This document shows, piece after piece, positions 1-9,548 of a DNA stretch of 64,000 bases. Within the stretch, counting starts at the first letter, position 1, and each line of letters begins with the position of its first letter. The notes under the pieces were generated by a model. It did not search any database and was not told the DNA's origin. It worked only from the letters and a program-made list of their open reading frames with translations. The stretch spans positions 672,001 to 736,000 of the forward strand of contig CAXXDQ010000004.1 in assembly GCA_963664325.2 (NCBI GenBank), written 5' to 3'. Origin of the DNA: Desulfomonilia bacterium. Lineage in GTDB: Bacteria > Desulfobacterota > Desulfomonilia > UBA1062. A program made the translations under genes and the position numbers.

Positions 1-2
1 AT

Positions 3-1139
3 GAAACGCTCAAGTTCTTCTACTTCCTGTTCACGTTCCTGGTATATTCGACGACCTTTTCCCTGGTCTGGGTGCCCTACACGGCGCTTGCCAGCGAGAT
101 GACCGAGGACTACGACGAGCGCACCAAGCTTGCCACATACCGCATGGTGTTCTCGTGCCTTTCAAGCATAGTCTGTGCAACTCTTCCCATGGTCATCGTC
201 AAGCAGTTCGGGGACATCAGGACCGGCTACATGGTCATGTCTATCGTGTTCGCCCTGTTCTTCGCGCTGCCGTATATCATGGTTATTAAGACCACTTTCG
301 AAAGGGAGGATTTCCATAAGGCTGTATCTCATGTAAATTTCAGCGCATTCATCAGAGAAAACTTTTTTGCGCCTTTTTCGCTCAAGCCGTTCAGGCTGGT
401 TGCGCTTATGTACCTGACTGCGTTTGTTGCAACTGATATCATTATGGTGCTTCTTGCCTATTTTATGACTTACTATATGAGGAACAAGAAACTCATGGAA
501 CTGCTGACTGCTGTAGTATTTGGACTGACGCCGTTCATCATTCCCCTCGTTGAAATACTGGCGCTCAAGATAGGGAAACGAGGAACCTTCATTGCTGCTT
601 CCTGTTTATGGATTTTGTCTTTCCTTTACACTTTTACCGTACATCCCGGCTCATCAACGCCTATGGTCATTATCTTCGGTCTCATGTTCAGTTTTGCCAC
701 AGCCGGCATACATGTGATGGTTTTCGCCATATTCCCGGATATACCGGATGTCGACGAACTGATATCCGGCCAGAGGAGGGAGGGTGTGTTCTCCGGTCTG
801 TTCTCTTTCCTTAGAAAGGTCGGGTCAGGAATCGCATTGTCAATCGTCCCATTATGCATAGGGCTTGCAGGTTACGTCAAACCTGTACAGACCATTGTTA
901 ACGGCCAGATGAAACTCATTGAGCAGGCTCAGACAGGTACAGTCATTACAACAATAAGGCTGCTTTTCGGACTGCTGCCGATTGCCCTTGCTTGCATTGC
1001 TCTCTTAATCTGCATTATGTATCCGGTTACAAGAGAGGCGCATGCAAGGCTTAGAACTTATCTTGACAAAAGGCGGGCCGGTGAGACCGGGCCCGAAATG
1101 GATGCCGAGGCCAAGTGGCTGAAGGCCAAGCTGCTCTAG
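3..1139 (+). CDS. GPH/MelB-family (MFS_2) glycoside-pentoside-hexuronide:cation symporter, 5'-truncated by window
   Basis: Frame is open from position 3 (ETLKFFYFL...VPYTALASEMTEDYDERTKL). Has the family motifs PY.AL.SEMT.D..ER and PDVDEL.SGQRREG.FSG and many TM helices. Confidence 0.9.
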   Translation, partial: ETLKFFYFLFTFLVYSTTFSLVWVPYTALASEMTEDYDERTKLATYRMVFSCLSSIVCATLPMVIVKQFGDIRTGYMVMSIVFALFFALPYIMVIKTTFEREDFHKAVSHVNFSAFIRENFFAPFSLKPFRLVALMYLTAFVATDIIMVLLAYFMTYYMRNKKLMELLTAVVFGLTPFIIPLVEILALKIGKRGTFIAASCLWILSFLYTFTVHPGSSTPMVIIFGLMFSFATAGIHVMVFAIFPDIPDVDELISGQRREGVFSGLFSFLRKVGSGIALSIVPLCIGLAGYVKPVQTIVNGQMKLIEQAQTGTVITTIRLLFGLLPIALACIALLICIMYPVTREAHARLRTYLDKRRAGETGPEMDAEAKWLKAKLL

Positions 1140-1157
1140 ACTGAAGGTGCCAAACAC

Positions 1158-3194
1158 ATGAAGCGGCTGTTTTTATTTGTTGCAGGATTGATTGCGGCGG
1201 TACTTGCCGGTGGATTTTATTTCCTTTTCAGGGTCTTTCCGAGATTCGATACGAAGGCATTCCCCACTGGCGCAGACGCACACGGAGAAGGTTGGAAGAT
1301 TGACTCATGCGGGGACATCCCTTTTCTTATCAGGAACGGCATACCTTTCCCTTCCGGATTCGACGCGTCGAACAGGCCAGTACAAATGCTTAACGGGCCC
1401 TGGCGTATGAGGCTCGACCCGGATGATGCAGGGAAGGGTCTGCACTGGGAAAGGCTTAAAAAAGCAGGAAAGGGATGGAAGCAAATCGACATCCCCTCGA
1501 CATTCAACGCGGCCCTGAGTGAAGACCCGAATTATCAGGGCCCTGCGTGGTTCTTTCTCAAGTTCATTCCTGATCTGAAATGCGACGAAAGCCGCTGGCT
1601 CAGGCTATGCCTGGAAGGCGTGCTGATAAGGAGCAGGGTCTGGCTGAACGGAGAACTGATTTCAGAACATGAAGGAGGATGGACTCCTCAGTATGCGGAT
1701 ATCTCTGACGTAATCAGACCCGGTGTTGATAATATATTGATCATAAGGGCCGACAACAGGCTTACCGGCGTGTCGCTGCCGCCTAAACTGCTTAATCACC
1801 ATATGCCGGGCTGGCATCCGTATGGAGGTGTGTACAGAGATGTGTACATAGAGAAGCTTCCCAAAGACTACATCTTCAAGGCGGACTATTCATGCCGCCT
1901 CGGTCAGGACCGGGTCCTGCTGAAGATTAGTGTGCTTGCTTCAAGGTCCGGGAAAACCGGCGGCGCGAAGTATTCAAGAGAAAAAGGCCTTAGCTGCACA
2001 ATATCCGGCAACAATGGGAAAATCAAGGTCAAGACTTCGCCCGGGGTCTCGGACAGAGGCATTGTCAAATATTCCTTCGATATCGATATCGAAAACCCCA
2101 GGCTCTATTCTCCCGCATCGCCCGAGCTTTATGAAGTGAGCCTCGCTTACGGCAGGGACAGGGTCTCATTCATGGCTGGCCTGAGAACGATAGAGATAAA
2201 GGGCGGAGAGATACTGCTGAACGGGGATAAGATATTCTTAAAGGGCATAAGCAAGCATGAAGACCACCCGTTGCTCGGCGCGAGCCAGACGCCGGAGCTT
2301 ATCGAAGACGACCTTGAGCTGATAAAAAATATGGGTGCAAATTATGTGAGGCTCGCGCACTATCCCCATCACAGGGGAGAACTCGGGAAGGCGCGTGACA
2401 TGGGGCTAATGCTGGCCGAAGAGATACCCCTTTATCAGGCGGGTATCGGCTTTGCCGCATGGTACGGGGAAAAGAGGCCGCTTCTGGAATTTCCATGGCA
2501 GACGTTCGGCAACAGGCAGCTTCAGAGCAGAGACCTCTTATTGAACGCTCAGCGCCAGCTTGTTGAGATGATCGAGCGTGACCGTCTAAACCCTGCAATA
2601 ATCATATGGGGTGTGGCGAACGAGACCTACACGCTCGATGAGGCATCGGGCGGAGTTCACGGCTGGCTGGCCGACACCGCAAGGGCGCTCGACAGTTCGC
2701 GCCTTGTCACGATGGCGGAACTTACCTATGATATGCCGGTTTTCGACAACCGCCGGGAGGCGGGCAAATACATGGACGTCGTTTCAGTCAACATCTATTC
2801 CGGCTGGTATTATGGAAAGACTGAAGATGTAAAACGCCATATGGAAAAGTTACATGAGCGCTTTCCGGGCATGCCCGTAATCATTTCCGAATGCGGGGCC
2901 GAGGCGGCTCCGGGCCGCAGCGACAGCGACGGTATATGGATTGCGGAAAGAGTGCCGCCCGGCAAGACATATTCGGAAGAATATCAGGAAAGACAGCTTG
3001 AACACTATGTGCGATACGCCTTGAAGACGCCTTTCATTGCAGGCATATCTCCGTGGGTGTTTGCAGATTTTTTCTGCCCCGAGTTTCCGGGCAATCCCGT
3101 GCCTTACTACAACACGAAGGGTATTGTCTCGAAAGACCGCATACCCAAAAAGGGATACCGGATGTTAAAGAGGTTGTATCGTGAAGGTGTTTGA
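1158..3194 (+). CDS. GH2 glycoside hydrolase, probable beta-glucuronidase, with N-terminal membrane anchor
   Basis: GH2 motifs KHEDHP, RLAHYP, NPAIIIWGVANE (acid/base) and ISECGAE (nucleophile). NTKG matches the N-x-K-G glucuronidase motif. Lies next to uxaC. Confidence 0.88.
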   Translation: MKRLFLFVAGLIAAVLAGGFYFLFRVFPRFDTKAFPTGADAHGEGWKIDSCGDIPFLIRNGIPFPSGFDASNRPVQMLNGPWRMRLDPDDAGKGLHWERLKKAGKGWKQIDIPSTFNAALSEDPNYQGPAWFFLKFIPDLKCDESRWLRLCLEGVLIRSRVWLNGELISEHEGGWTPQYADISDVIRPGVDNILIIRADNRLTGVSLPPKLLNHHMPGWHPYGGVYRDVYIEKLPKDYIFKADYSCRLGQDRVLLKISVLASRSGKTGGAKYSREKGLSCTISGNNGKIKVKTSPGVSDRGIVKYSFDIDIENPRLYSPASPELYEVSLAYGRDRVSFMAGLRTIEIKGGEILLNGDKIFLKGISKHEDHPLLGASQTPELIEDDLELIKNMGANYVRLAHYPHHRGELGKARDMGLMLAEEIPLYQAGIGFAAWYGEKRPLLEFPWQTFGNRQLQSRDLLLNAQRQLVEMIERDRLNPAIIIWGVANETYTLDEASGGVHGWLADTARALDSSRLVTMAELTYDMPVFDNRREAGKYMDVVSVNIYSGWYYGKTEDVKRHMEKLHERFPGMPVIISECGAEAAPGRSDSDGIWIAERVPPGKTYSEEYQERQLEHYVRYALKTPFIAGISPWVFADFFCPEFPGNPVPYYNTKGIVSKDRIPKKGYRMLKRLYREGV

Positions 3195-4182
3195 TTTTAC
3201 CCGTTTTGAAAAGGATTTTTATCCCGAATGGGAATCGAGGTTCAGGATTGGAGGCGGTGCAGGCGATTTCAGCTACGCTCCTGCCGGCAGGCCCTGCCTC
3301 TACGGTACGGCAGACATAATTTTATGCCGGGCCGTAATGAACCGGCTTGAACTTGCGGAAAATCTGAAGGACGAATGGGCAGCTACGATCAACTCATTCC
3401 AGGATTCACACACGACCTGGTACAGAAAAGTCTATACACTAAACCATTTCAGGGAGCATACGACCGCCTATGCCGTTGCGGCCCTTCACCTGATTGGCAG
3501 GAAACCGGCCCATGAATTCCTCTGGAGAAACAGGCTTTTATCGTCGAAGGATGAAATGGAGCGCTGGTACGGTAAAATCCCCTGGTCTGTAATCTGGCCT
3601 GCATCACACATCGTTTCAGGACTCCCTGCGATCATGGCCATGCTCGGCAACGGTTCGGATGAATTCTATGCATGGTATTTTGACAGACTCGACAGGGATG
3701 CCGATCCTCTGACCGGCTTCTGGAAAAAAGGGCTCATTCACAGGCTGGGTATAATCAAAAGGAGCACCAAGCACGAGTTGGGCGGGGCCTTTCATATGTA
3801 TTTTGTCTATGAGTACATGGCCAGGAAATGGCTGTATCCGGAAAGGGTCATTGACGAAACGCTCAGGCTTCAGCATGCGAACGGACTCTGGGACAAGGAT
3901 GTAACCTACTGCATAGACCTGGACGGAGTTTATTCGCTGCTCCGCTCCTGCAGAAATGCCGGCGGCTACAGGGCGAAGGATGTCAGACAGGCCTGCATGC
4001 GCTATCTTGAAGCAGCAGAGCGGATATTGAATGACCGGCAATTTTTCTTTTCTCGCTACACGAATACGCATCTCCTGCCGGGTGCGCTGGGCGCGGTCGC
4101 CGAGTGCCAGAAGTTTTATCCCGAACTTGTGAAGACAGAGCGCCCCTGGGTTCAGACGCTTGACAAGGCATGCTTTATTTGA
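3181..4182 (+). CDS. conserved hypothetical protein (aromatic-rich, possible alpha/alpha-toroid fold) in hexuronide operon
   Basis: 333 aa ORF with GTG start overlapping the GH2 stop, ending 18 nt before uxaC. LQHANGLW and DPLTGFW resemble QW-like repeats. Confidence 0.75.
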   Translation: MKVFDFTRFEKDFYPEWESRFRIGGGAGDFSYAPAGRPCLYGTADIILCRAVMNRLELAENLKDEWAATINSFQDSHTTWYRKVYTLNHFREHTTAYAVAALHLIGRKPAHEFLWRNRLLSSKDEMERWYGKIPWSVIWPASHIVSGLPAIMAMLGNGSDEFYAWYFDRLDRDADPLTGFWKKGLIHRLGIIKRSTKHELGGAFHMYFVYEYMARKWLYPERVIDETLRLQHANGLWDKDVTYCIDLDGVYSLLRSCRNAGGYRAKDVRQACMRYLEAAERILNDRQFFFSRYTNTHLLPGALGAVAECQKFYPELVKTERPWVQTLDKACFI

Positions 4183-4200
4183 AGGAAGAAAGGATTTGGC

Positions 4201-5607
4201 ATGAAAAAATTCATTCATGAAAATTTTCTGCTTGAAACACAAGAGGCGTCCATCCTTTATCACGAATACGCAAGAGACATGCCGATCATTGACTTCCATA
4301 ACCATCTGCCGCCTGATGAGATTGCCGGGGATGCCCGGTTTGAAAATATTACAAAGGTCTGGCTCGGAGGCGATCATTACAAGTGGAGGGCGATGCGCAC
4401 CCTGGGGATTGACGAGAGATTCATTACAGGCGGAGCCACCGATTGGGAGAAATTTGCATGGTGGGCCGAGGCCGTCCCCTATTGTCTGAGAAATCCTCTT
4501 TATCACTGGACGCACCTGGAGCTTGCCCGGTATTTCGGCATCGATGATAAACTTATGGGTCCCGATACCGCTAGAGAGATTTATAATCATTGCAACGAGA
4601 TGCTGGAAACCGAGGAGTTCAGCACGATAAGGCTGCTCAAGCGCATGAGGGTCGAAGCGCTCTGCACAACGGACGATCCGGTTGATCCGCTTAAACACCA
4701 TATTGCATATAAGAAGGTTGACTCAGCCCCTGCGCTGTTCCCTGCATGGCGGCCTGACAGGGCGATGAAGATAGAAGATTCCGAGACGTTTAATGCATGG
4801 GTGAACCTGCTTGAAAATGCATCAGGCATGAACATTTCAAACTTCAACGATTTTATCGATGCCCTTGAAAAGAGGCAGGCCTTCTTTCATGAGCACGGGT
4901 GCAGGCTCGCGGATCACGGGATAGAGACCTTTTACCCGTCAGAGGCACGCGAAGGAGAAATAAACAGGATCTTCAACGACGTTAGAAGCGGCATACAGGC
5001 AAGCCCTGAAGAAACGGCCAAGTTCAAAGGTTATATGCTTTACCGCCTTAGCCTTATGAACCATGCCAAGGGCTGGGTCCAGCAGTATCATTTCGGGGTG
5101 CTCAGGAACAACAGCTCCCGCATGTTCAAAAAACTCGGGCCGGATACGGGCTATGACTGCATGGGAGATTCCAATCACGCACAAAATCTTGTTGCCCTGC
5201 TTGACAGGCTCGATTCCGAAGAGAGCCTCGCCAGGACCGTCCTTTATCCGGTAAACCCTCCGGACAACGGCATTGCGGCAACGATAATGGGAAGCTTCCA
5301 GGAAGGCCCGGCCAAAGGCAAGCTCCAGCTGGGCAGCGGGTGGTGGTTTCTCGACCAGAAGAACGGGATGGAAGAGCAGATGGATACGCTCTCGCTTATG
5401 GGCCTGCTGTCCACTTTTATCGGCATGACCACTGATTCGCGCAGCTTCCTTTCTTTTCCTCGCCATGAATATTTCCGCCGCGTCCTCTGCAACCTTTTCG
5501 GCAACGACATGGCCAAAGGCCTTTTACCGGCCGACTTCAATCTTGCCGGCCGCATCATAAAGGACATTTGCTACAACAACGCCAGAAAATATCTAAGACT
5601 TGAATGA
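4201..5607 (+). CDS. uxaC: glucuronate (uronate) isomerase
   Basis: Motifs PIIDFHNHL, WLGGDHYKWRAMR, NPLYHWTHLEL, CTTDDP, GSGWWFLDQ and TDSRSFLSFPRHEYFRR. Confidence 0.97.
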   Translation: MKKFIHENFLLETQEASILYHEYARDMPIIDFHNHLPPDEIAGDARFENITKVWLGGDHYKWRAMRTLGIDERFITGGATDWEKFAWWAEAVPYCLRNPLYHWTHLELARYFGIDDKLMGPDTAREIYNHCNEMLETEEFSTIRLLKRMRVEALCTTDDPVDPLKHHIAYKKVDSAPALFPAWRPDRAMKIEDSETFNAWVNLLENASGMNISNFNDFIDALEKRQAFFHEHGCRLADHGIETFYPSEAREGEINRIFNDVRSGIQASPEETAKFKGYMLYRLSLMNHAKGWVQQYHFGVLRNNSSRMFKKLGPDTGYDCMGDSNHAQNLVALLDRLDSEESLARTVLYPVNPPDNGIAATIMGSFQEGPAKGKLQLGSGWWFLDQKNGMEEQMDTLSLMGLLSTFIGMTTDSRSFLSFPRHEYFRRVLCNLFGNDMAKGLLPADFNLAGRIIKDICYNNARKYLRLE

Positions 5608-5775
5608 CGCATATCAGCCATTGCATGGGACAGGCCCTTTAGCATTCTTATAGGAAGCATATCTCGTGCCATTTCGATCTTTTTTCGGTTAAGGTGTATT
5701 TTTGTATATATATTATTAGCAGATCATGACTTATCTGATTTCGCTCAAGTTATCATCTGTCGCAGTTGTATGAAT
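5461..5775 (+). repeat. left copy of direct repeat (uxaC 3' end plus downstream DNA); attL-like junction
   Basis: 5526-5614 is identical to 14254-14342 (89 bp, offset 8728). Diverged similarity continues on both flanks. Confidence 0.92.
5656..5671 (-). promoter_or_regulatory. sigma54 (-24/-12)-like motif, antisense to uxaC
   Basis: Minus strand reads TGGCACGAGATATGCT (GG-N10-GC), against consensus TGGCACG-N4-TTGCW. Confidence 0.4.
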
Positions 5776-5988
5776 TATGTATGACGGAATATGGCTTATT
5801 ATAGCTCTTTCACCCGTAATTCGATAAATTCAGGAGATACCTGAAATTTTTCTGGTCGGGAAATGTGGTATCCAAGGAGCAGGTCCTCATTCCTTGTAAA
5901 GCAGAATAGCTTGTGCTATACTTTATCTTCTAGCCCGCAGTGTTTGAGATGGGTGATTTGGGGTGTTAACAATCACTGAGGAGGTAGA

Positions 5989-6393
5989 ATGGGGAGTAAA
6001 TCGGTTTCATTAAGTCTCCTTATGGTTTTAATAAGAATATCAATGTCAACCGCTCTTACGAAGTCATCGAATGACAATGAACAAAAATACGGAATTCCCC
6101 CTGAACCATATCAAAAGAATCTCAAATCAGAACTTGTAGATACACTATACCTTTCAGAAAATATTCTAAAAAGCCCAAGCGAGGTAATGGCTGTTTCATT
6201 TTCCCTTGATCAGCGCTGCGGGATTACCGGCAGCGATGAAGCGCCAGGGCAATGGAATTCAGCCTCCAGGTCACCAGTTAGATCATTTTCAAAGCATCTA
6301 TACGATATGCCGAATGTTATATTTTCTCTGAATGGCGACTATGCTATATCTGTAGATAACAAGGGTTCCAAAATGAGCAAAACAGCGGGCTGA
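5989..6393 (+). pseudogene. degenerate WD40-repeat protein fragment with signal-peptide-like N-terminus
   Basis: Strong RBS GAGGAGGT. VMAVSFSLDQRCGITGSD...W...VRSFSKH...VIFSLNGDYAIS resembles about 1.5 WD40 repeats. Confidence 0.5.
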
Positions 6394-6397
6394 AGAC

Positions 6398-7372
6398 ATG
6401 ATAACAGAATACCCCGACCAATCCTTGCAAGAATTTATCGCGCGGAGATATTCCACCGGAAGCGGCTGGCAGGATCTTCGCCGGCGCCTAGAAGCAATGT
6501 CCGATGAGGAGCTGACTGATCTTTACTATAAACTGCGTGACGCCCGCCAGATATCTCCAGAAGGCAGGTTTTATCCGAACATCCAGATCCTGTGCGCCAC
6601 TCCTTTCGAACGGGAAAAAGACCGCCGGGAACAACGGCGTATTTCTGATGAGTCCGGCAGCCTCTCCGAGGTGGTGAACTGGTATCGTCAGGCCAGGGAG
6701 AAATCCTGCGACTGGTGGCTGGAAAACCATGTCATCGCACGGCATGCCCTCAGCAGCTGCATGAGCTGCGGTGCATGCACCGCACTTTGCCCTGCCGCTG
6801 AATTCTATGAATTCAACCCGCGCACCATAATGTCCGCGGTTCAGGAAAAGGACGAGGCCGAAATTGTGGAGCTCCTCAAATCTGATACGATCTGGTATTG
6901 CCATCAGTGCGGCTCGTGCAAGACGAAGTGTCCCAGACAAAACAGCCCCTTCGGGATGATCTCGTCCCTTAGGCAGCTGAGCCAGCTGAAAGGCTACCAT
7001 ATTCACAGTGTCCGCGGCCGGCAGCAGTATTTTGCCCGCCACTTCTGGGGAGGCAACCTCTGGAACCGTGCGTGCACCCTCTACTTCCGGAACCCAGACC
7101 CGGAAAGCCACAAGGATTTCGGTCCGCGTTTCGCGGCGTATTTTCAGAGAAAGGAAGAATACATGCGCAGGATAGGCGCTCATCCCGACATGGACGGTTA
7201 TTTGTCAGGGCGCAAGGTTCAGCCGGAAACGCTGGAGGAATTGCGTACGTTATGGACTGCCGGCGGGGCACTCTATCTCTGGTCGTGCATTGAGGAAGCG
7301 GCTGAACAGCAGGCAGCTGACATGGGCATGACGATCGATGAATACCTCATGCATGTGATGTCTGAAGGCTGA
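6398..7372 (+). CDS. hdrC: heterodisulfide reductase subunit C-like 2x[4Fe-4S] protein with N-terminal extension
   Basis: CMSCGACTALCP and IWYCHQCGSCKTKCPR; directly upstream of hdrB. Confidence 0.85.
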   Translation: MITEYPDQSLQEFIARRYSTGSGWQDLRRRLEAMSDEELTDLYYKLRDARQISPEGRFYPNIQILCATPFEREKDRREQRRISDESGSLSEVVNWYRQAREKSCDWWLENHVIARHALSSCMSCGACTALCPAAEFYEFNPRTIMSAVQEKDEAEIVELLKSDTIWYCHQCGSCKTKCPRQNSPFGMISSLRQLSQLKGYHIHSVRGRQQYFARHFWGGNLWNRACTLYFRNPDPESHKDFGPRFAAYFQRKEEYMRRIGAHPDMDGYLSGRKVQPETLEELRTLWTAGGALYLWSCIEEAAEQQAADMGMTIDEYLMHVMSEG

Positions 7373-7387
7373 AAAAAGGATACGGGT

Positions 7388-8416
7388 ATGAACCTTTATA
7401 ATCACTTGGGACGTCAATCGGCGTGGCAGCGTTATATAAAGGATATTCCCGATAACAACTACTTCCTGACCTTCAGCTGCATCCTCGGGAGTTTTTATCC
7501 CGCCTCGGAAACCATGGTGCCTAAGATATATGATTTGCTTGGTATAAAATGGACGACACGGCACGAATCCAATTCGGGATGGTCTTGCTGTACCGCCATC
7601 GGTTATCATGGAGACATCATGCCTATCGAATCCACCCTGCTGACAGTCGCAAGATTGTGGTCTATAGCACGAGAAGCGGGCGCAGAGGTCATTACCCCGA
7701 CATGCGTCACATCCTTCGGGACATACTGCGAATGCCAGGAACTCCTGGAACATGAACCCGACCTCAGAAAGAAAATCGCCCGCCTTTTGAAAGAGACCTG
7801 CGGGAGGGAATTCGACATCCCACGACGCCTGGTGCATACGAGCGATATATACTACCATTACCGGAAACGCCTTTTTAAACTCTTCAAATACCGCCTCGTC
7901 GAAGCCGGTACCGGCCGCCCCCTCAGGGTCGTCGATCATGTCGGATGCCACTATTCCAAACTGTTTCCTGAGCGGCATGTGGTCGGGGGCTCCGAATACT
8001 GTGATGTTCTGGCAGGCATGGTCAGGACATGGGGCGGCGAGAATATAGACTATCCCGAGCGGAGGCACTGCTGCGGTATGGGGTTCAGACAATGCATGAT
8101 ACCGCCCAACCGGGGTGCCACACTGGCCAACACCTATAAAAAATTCAAGAGCATGGCGCCGTTCAAGCCGGACCTGATCGTGACCAACTGCCCGGGTTGC
8201 CAGGTTTTCCTGGACAAGGAGCAGTGGGCGATCCAGGAACTTACCGGAGAGAAATACTTCATTCCGGTCGTCACCTACCAGGAACTGGCAGGGCTTCTCT
8301 TGGGGTGGGATCCGTATGAAGTAGTGGGGATCGATTTTCACACCGTGCCGGTCGAACCTCTCCTGGAAAAACTCGACATTCCCTATGATCCATTGAAGTC
8401 CTGGCAGACGGAGTGA
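7388..8416 (+). CDS. hdrB: heterodisulfide reductase subunit B-like (two CCG domains)
   Basis: SCCTAIG and PTCVTS (variant first domain), HVGCHY, HCCGMG, NCPGC, and QELAGLLLG tail. Confidence 0.88.
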   Translation: MNLYNHLGRQSAWQRYIKDIPDNNYFLTFSCILGSFYPASETMVPKIYDLLGIKWTTRHESNSGWSCCTAIGYHGDIMPIESTLLTVARLWSIAREAGAEVITPTCVTSFGTYCECQELLEHEPDLRKKIARLLKETCGREFDIPRRLVHTSDIYYHYRKRLFKLFKYRLVEAGTGRPLRVVDHVGCHYSKLFPERHVVGGSEYCDVLAGMVRTWGGENIDYPERRHCCGMGFRQCMIPPNRGATLANTYKKFKSMAPFKPDLIVTNCPGCQVFLDKEQWAIQELTGEKYFIPVVTYQELAGLLLGWDPYEVVGIDFHTVPVEPLLEKLDIPYDPLKSWQTE

Positions 8417-8447
8417 TAGACGGAACATTTGATGGAAGGTAAAATAT

Positions 8448-9548
8448 ATGAGTCAACAATCACCTGAAAATCACTCAGTCATGATAATTGGCGGTGGCGT
8501 GACCGGCCTGGGTGTTGCCCTTGCCCTGGATGGTTTAGGCATCAATTCTGTAATCGTGGAAAAAAGCCCCAGGCTGGGAGGCAAGGTCAAGGATTACTCA
8601 AAAATATTCCCCGATTTCATAAGCGGCTGCGATATCGTCGGAGAAATGATCGCCAATGTGGAGCGCAATCCCCGAATCACCTGCCATGAGGATACGGTTA
8701 TTACAGGGGTTGCAAATGCTGACGGAGGGTTTGAAGTCCGGACCTCAGGGCACCAACGTATCGTGGTCAGGGCCATTGTCCTTGCGTGCGGTTTCGATGT
8801 CTTCGATGCCCGCTGCCAGGCGGAATATGGATACGGCATCTATCCCAATGTCATCAACGCCCTCGATCTTGAATCATACCTTAATCCGGATGGGCCGACC
8901 GGCGGGGCTCTGCTGCGGCCTTTCGATGGAAAGCCGGCCCAGCGAATCGCCATTGTCTTCTGTGTCGGATCCCGCAGTAAACGGCTTGGGAACCCTTACT
9001 GCTCCAGGATTTGCTGCTCTTACAGCACCAAGCAGGCCATAGAAATCATGGAGAACAATCCCGCAGCCAGCGTCACATGTTTCTATATGGATATTCGCAC
9101 CTACGGCCGGGGATTCGAGGAGATGTACCAATATGCGCAGGAACTGGGTGTCAAGTTTGTCCGCGGGCGCGTATCCGAATGCAGTGTTACGGCCGACGGC
9201 GACATCCAGGTCAGGACCGAGAATACCCTCCTGGGAAGACCCATGCAGGGCGTCTTCGACCTTGTATCCCTGTCGGTGGGCATGATGCCCTGTGTCGATG
9301 CTCCGTTCCTGACAGATCTGCTTCACATCGAACGCGGCACGGACAAATTTTTCTCCGCGAGAGACAACTATCTTGCACCACATGATACACACCAGGAGGG
9401 CATCTTCCTGGCGGGAAGCGTCACCGGTCTCAAACCTATCCAGGATTGCCTGAAGGAGGCCATGTCGGTAGCCGGCCGCGTTTTATCCTATCTCAGGACA
9501 TCAGATGGAGGAGCTGAAACAGGAGCGGAGAACCATGTCAGAGATTGA
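8448..9548 (+). CDS. hdrA: short HdrA-like FAD/[4Fe-4S] flavoprotein lacking ferredoxin domains
   Basis: IIGGGVTG, FCVGSR, YCSRICCSYSTK, FYMDIRTYG and GIFLAG. Only 366 aa, with no CxxCxxCxxxC motif. Confidence 0.85.
   Translation: MSQQSPENHSVMIIGGGVTGLGVALALDGLGINSVIVEKSPRLGGKVKDYSKIFPDFISGCDIVGEMIANVERNPRITCHEDTVITGVANADGGFEVRTSGHQRIVVRAIVLACGFDVFDARCQAEYGYGIYPNVINALDLESYLNPDGPTGGALLRPFDGKPAQRIAIVFCVGSRSKRLGNPYCSRICCSYSTKQAIEIMENNPAASVTCFYMDIRTYGRGFEEMYQYAQELGVKFVRGRVSECSVTADGDIQVRTENTLLGRPMQGVFDLVSLSVGMMPCVDAPFLTDLLHIERGTDKFFSARDNYLAPHDTHQEGIFLAGSVTGLKPIQDCLKEAMSVAGRVLSYLRTSDGGAETGAENHVRD

Noticed and set aside
3616-4701. 361-aa minus-strand ORF, and similar long antisense ORFs such as 7250-8428 and 38417-39157
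   Set aside because: Shadow ORFs opposite well-supported genes, with no recognisable motifs.
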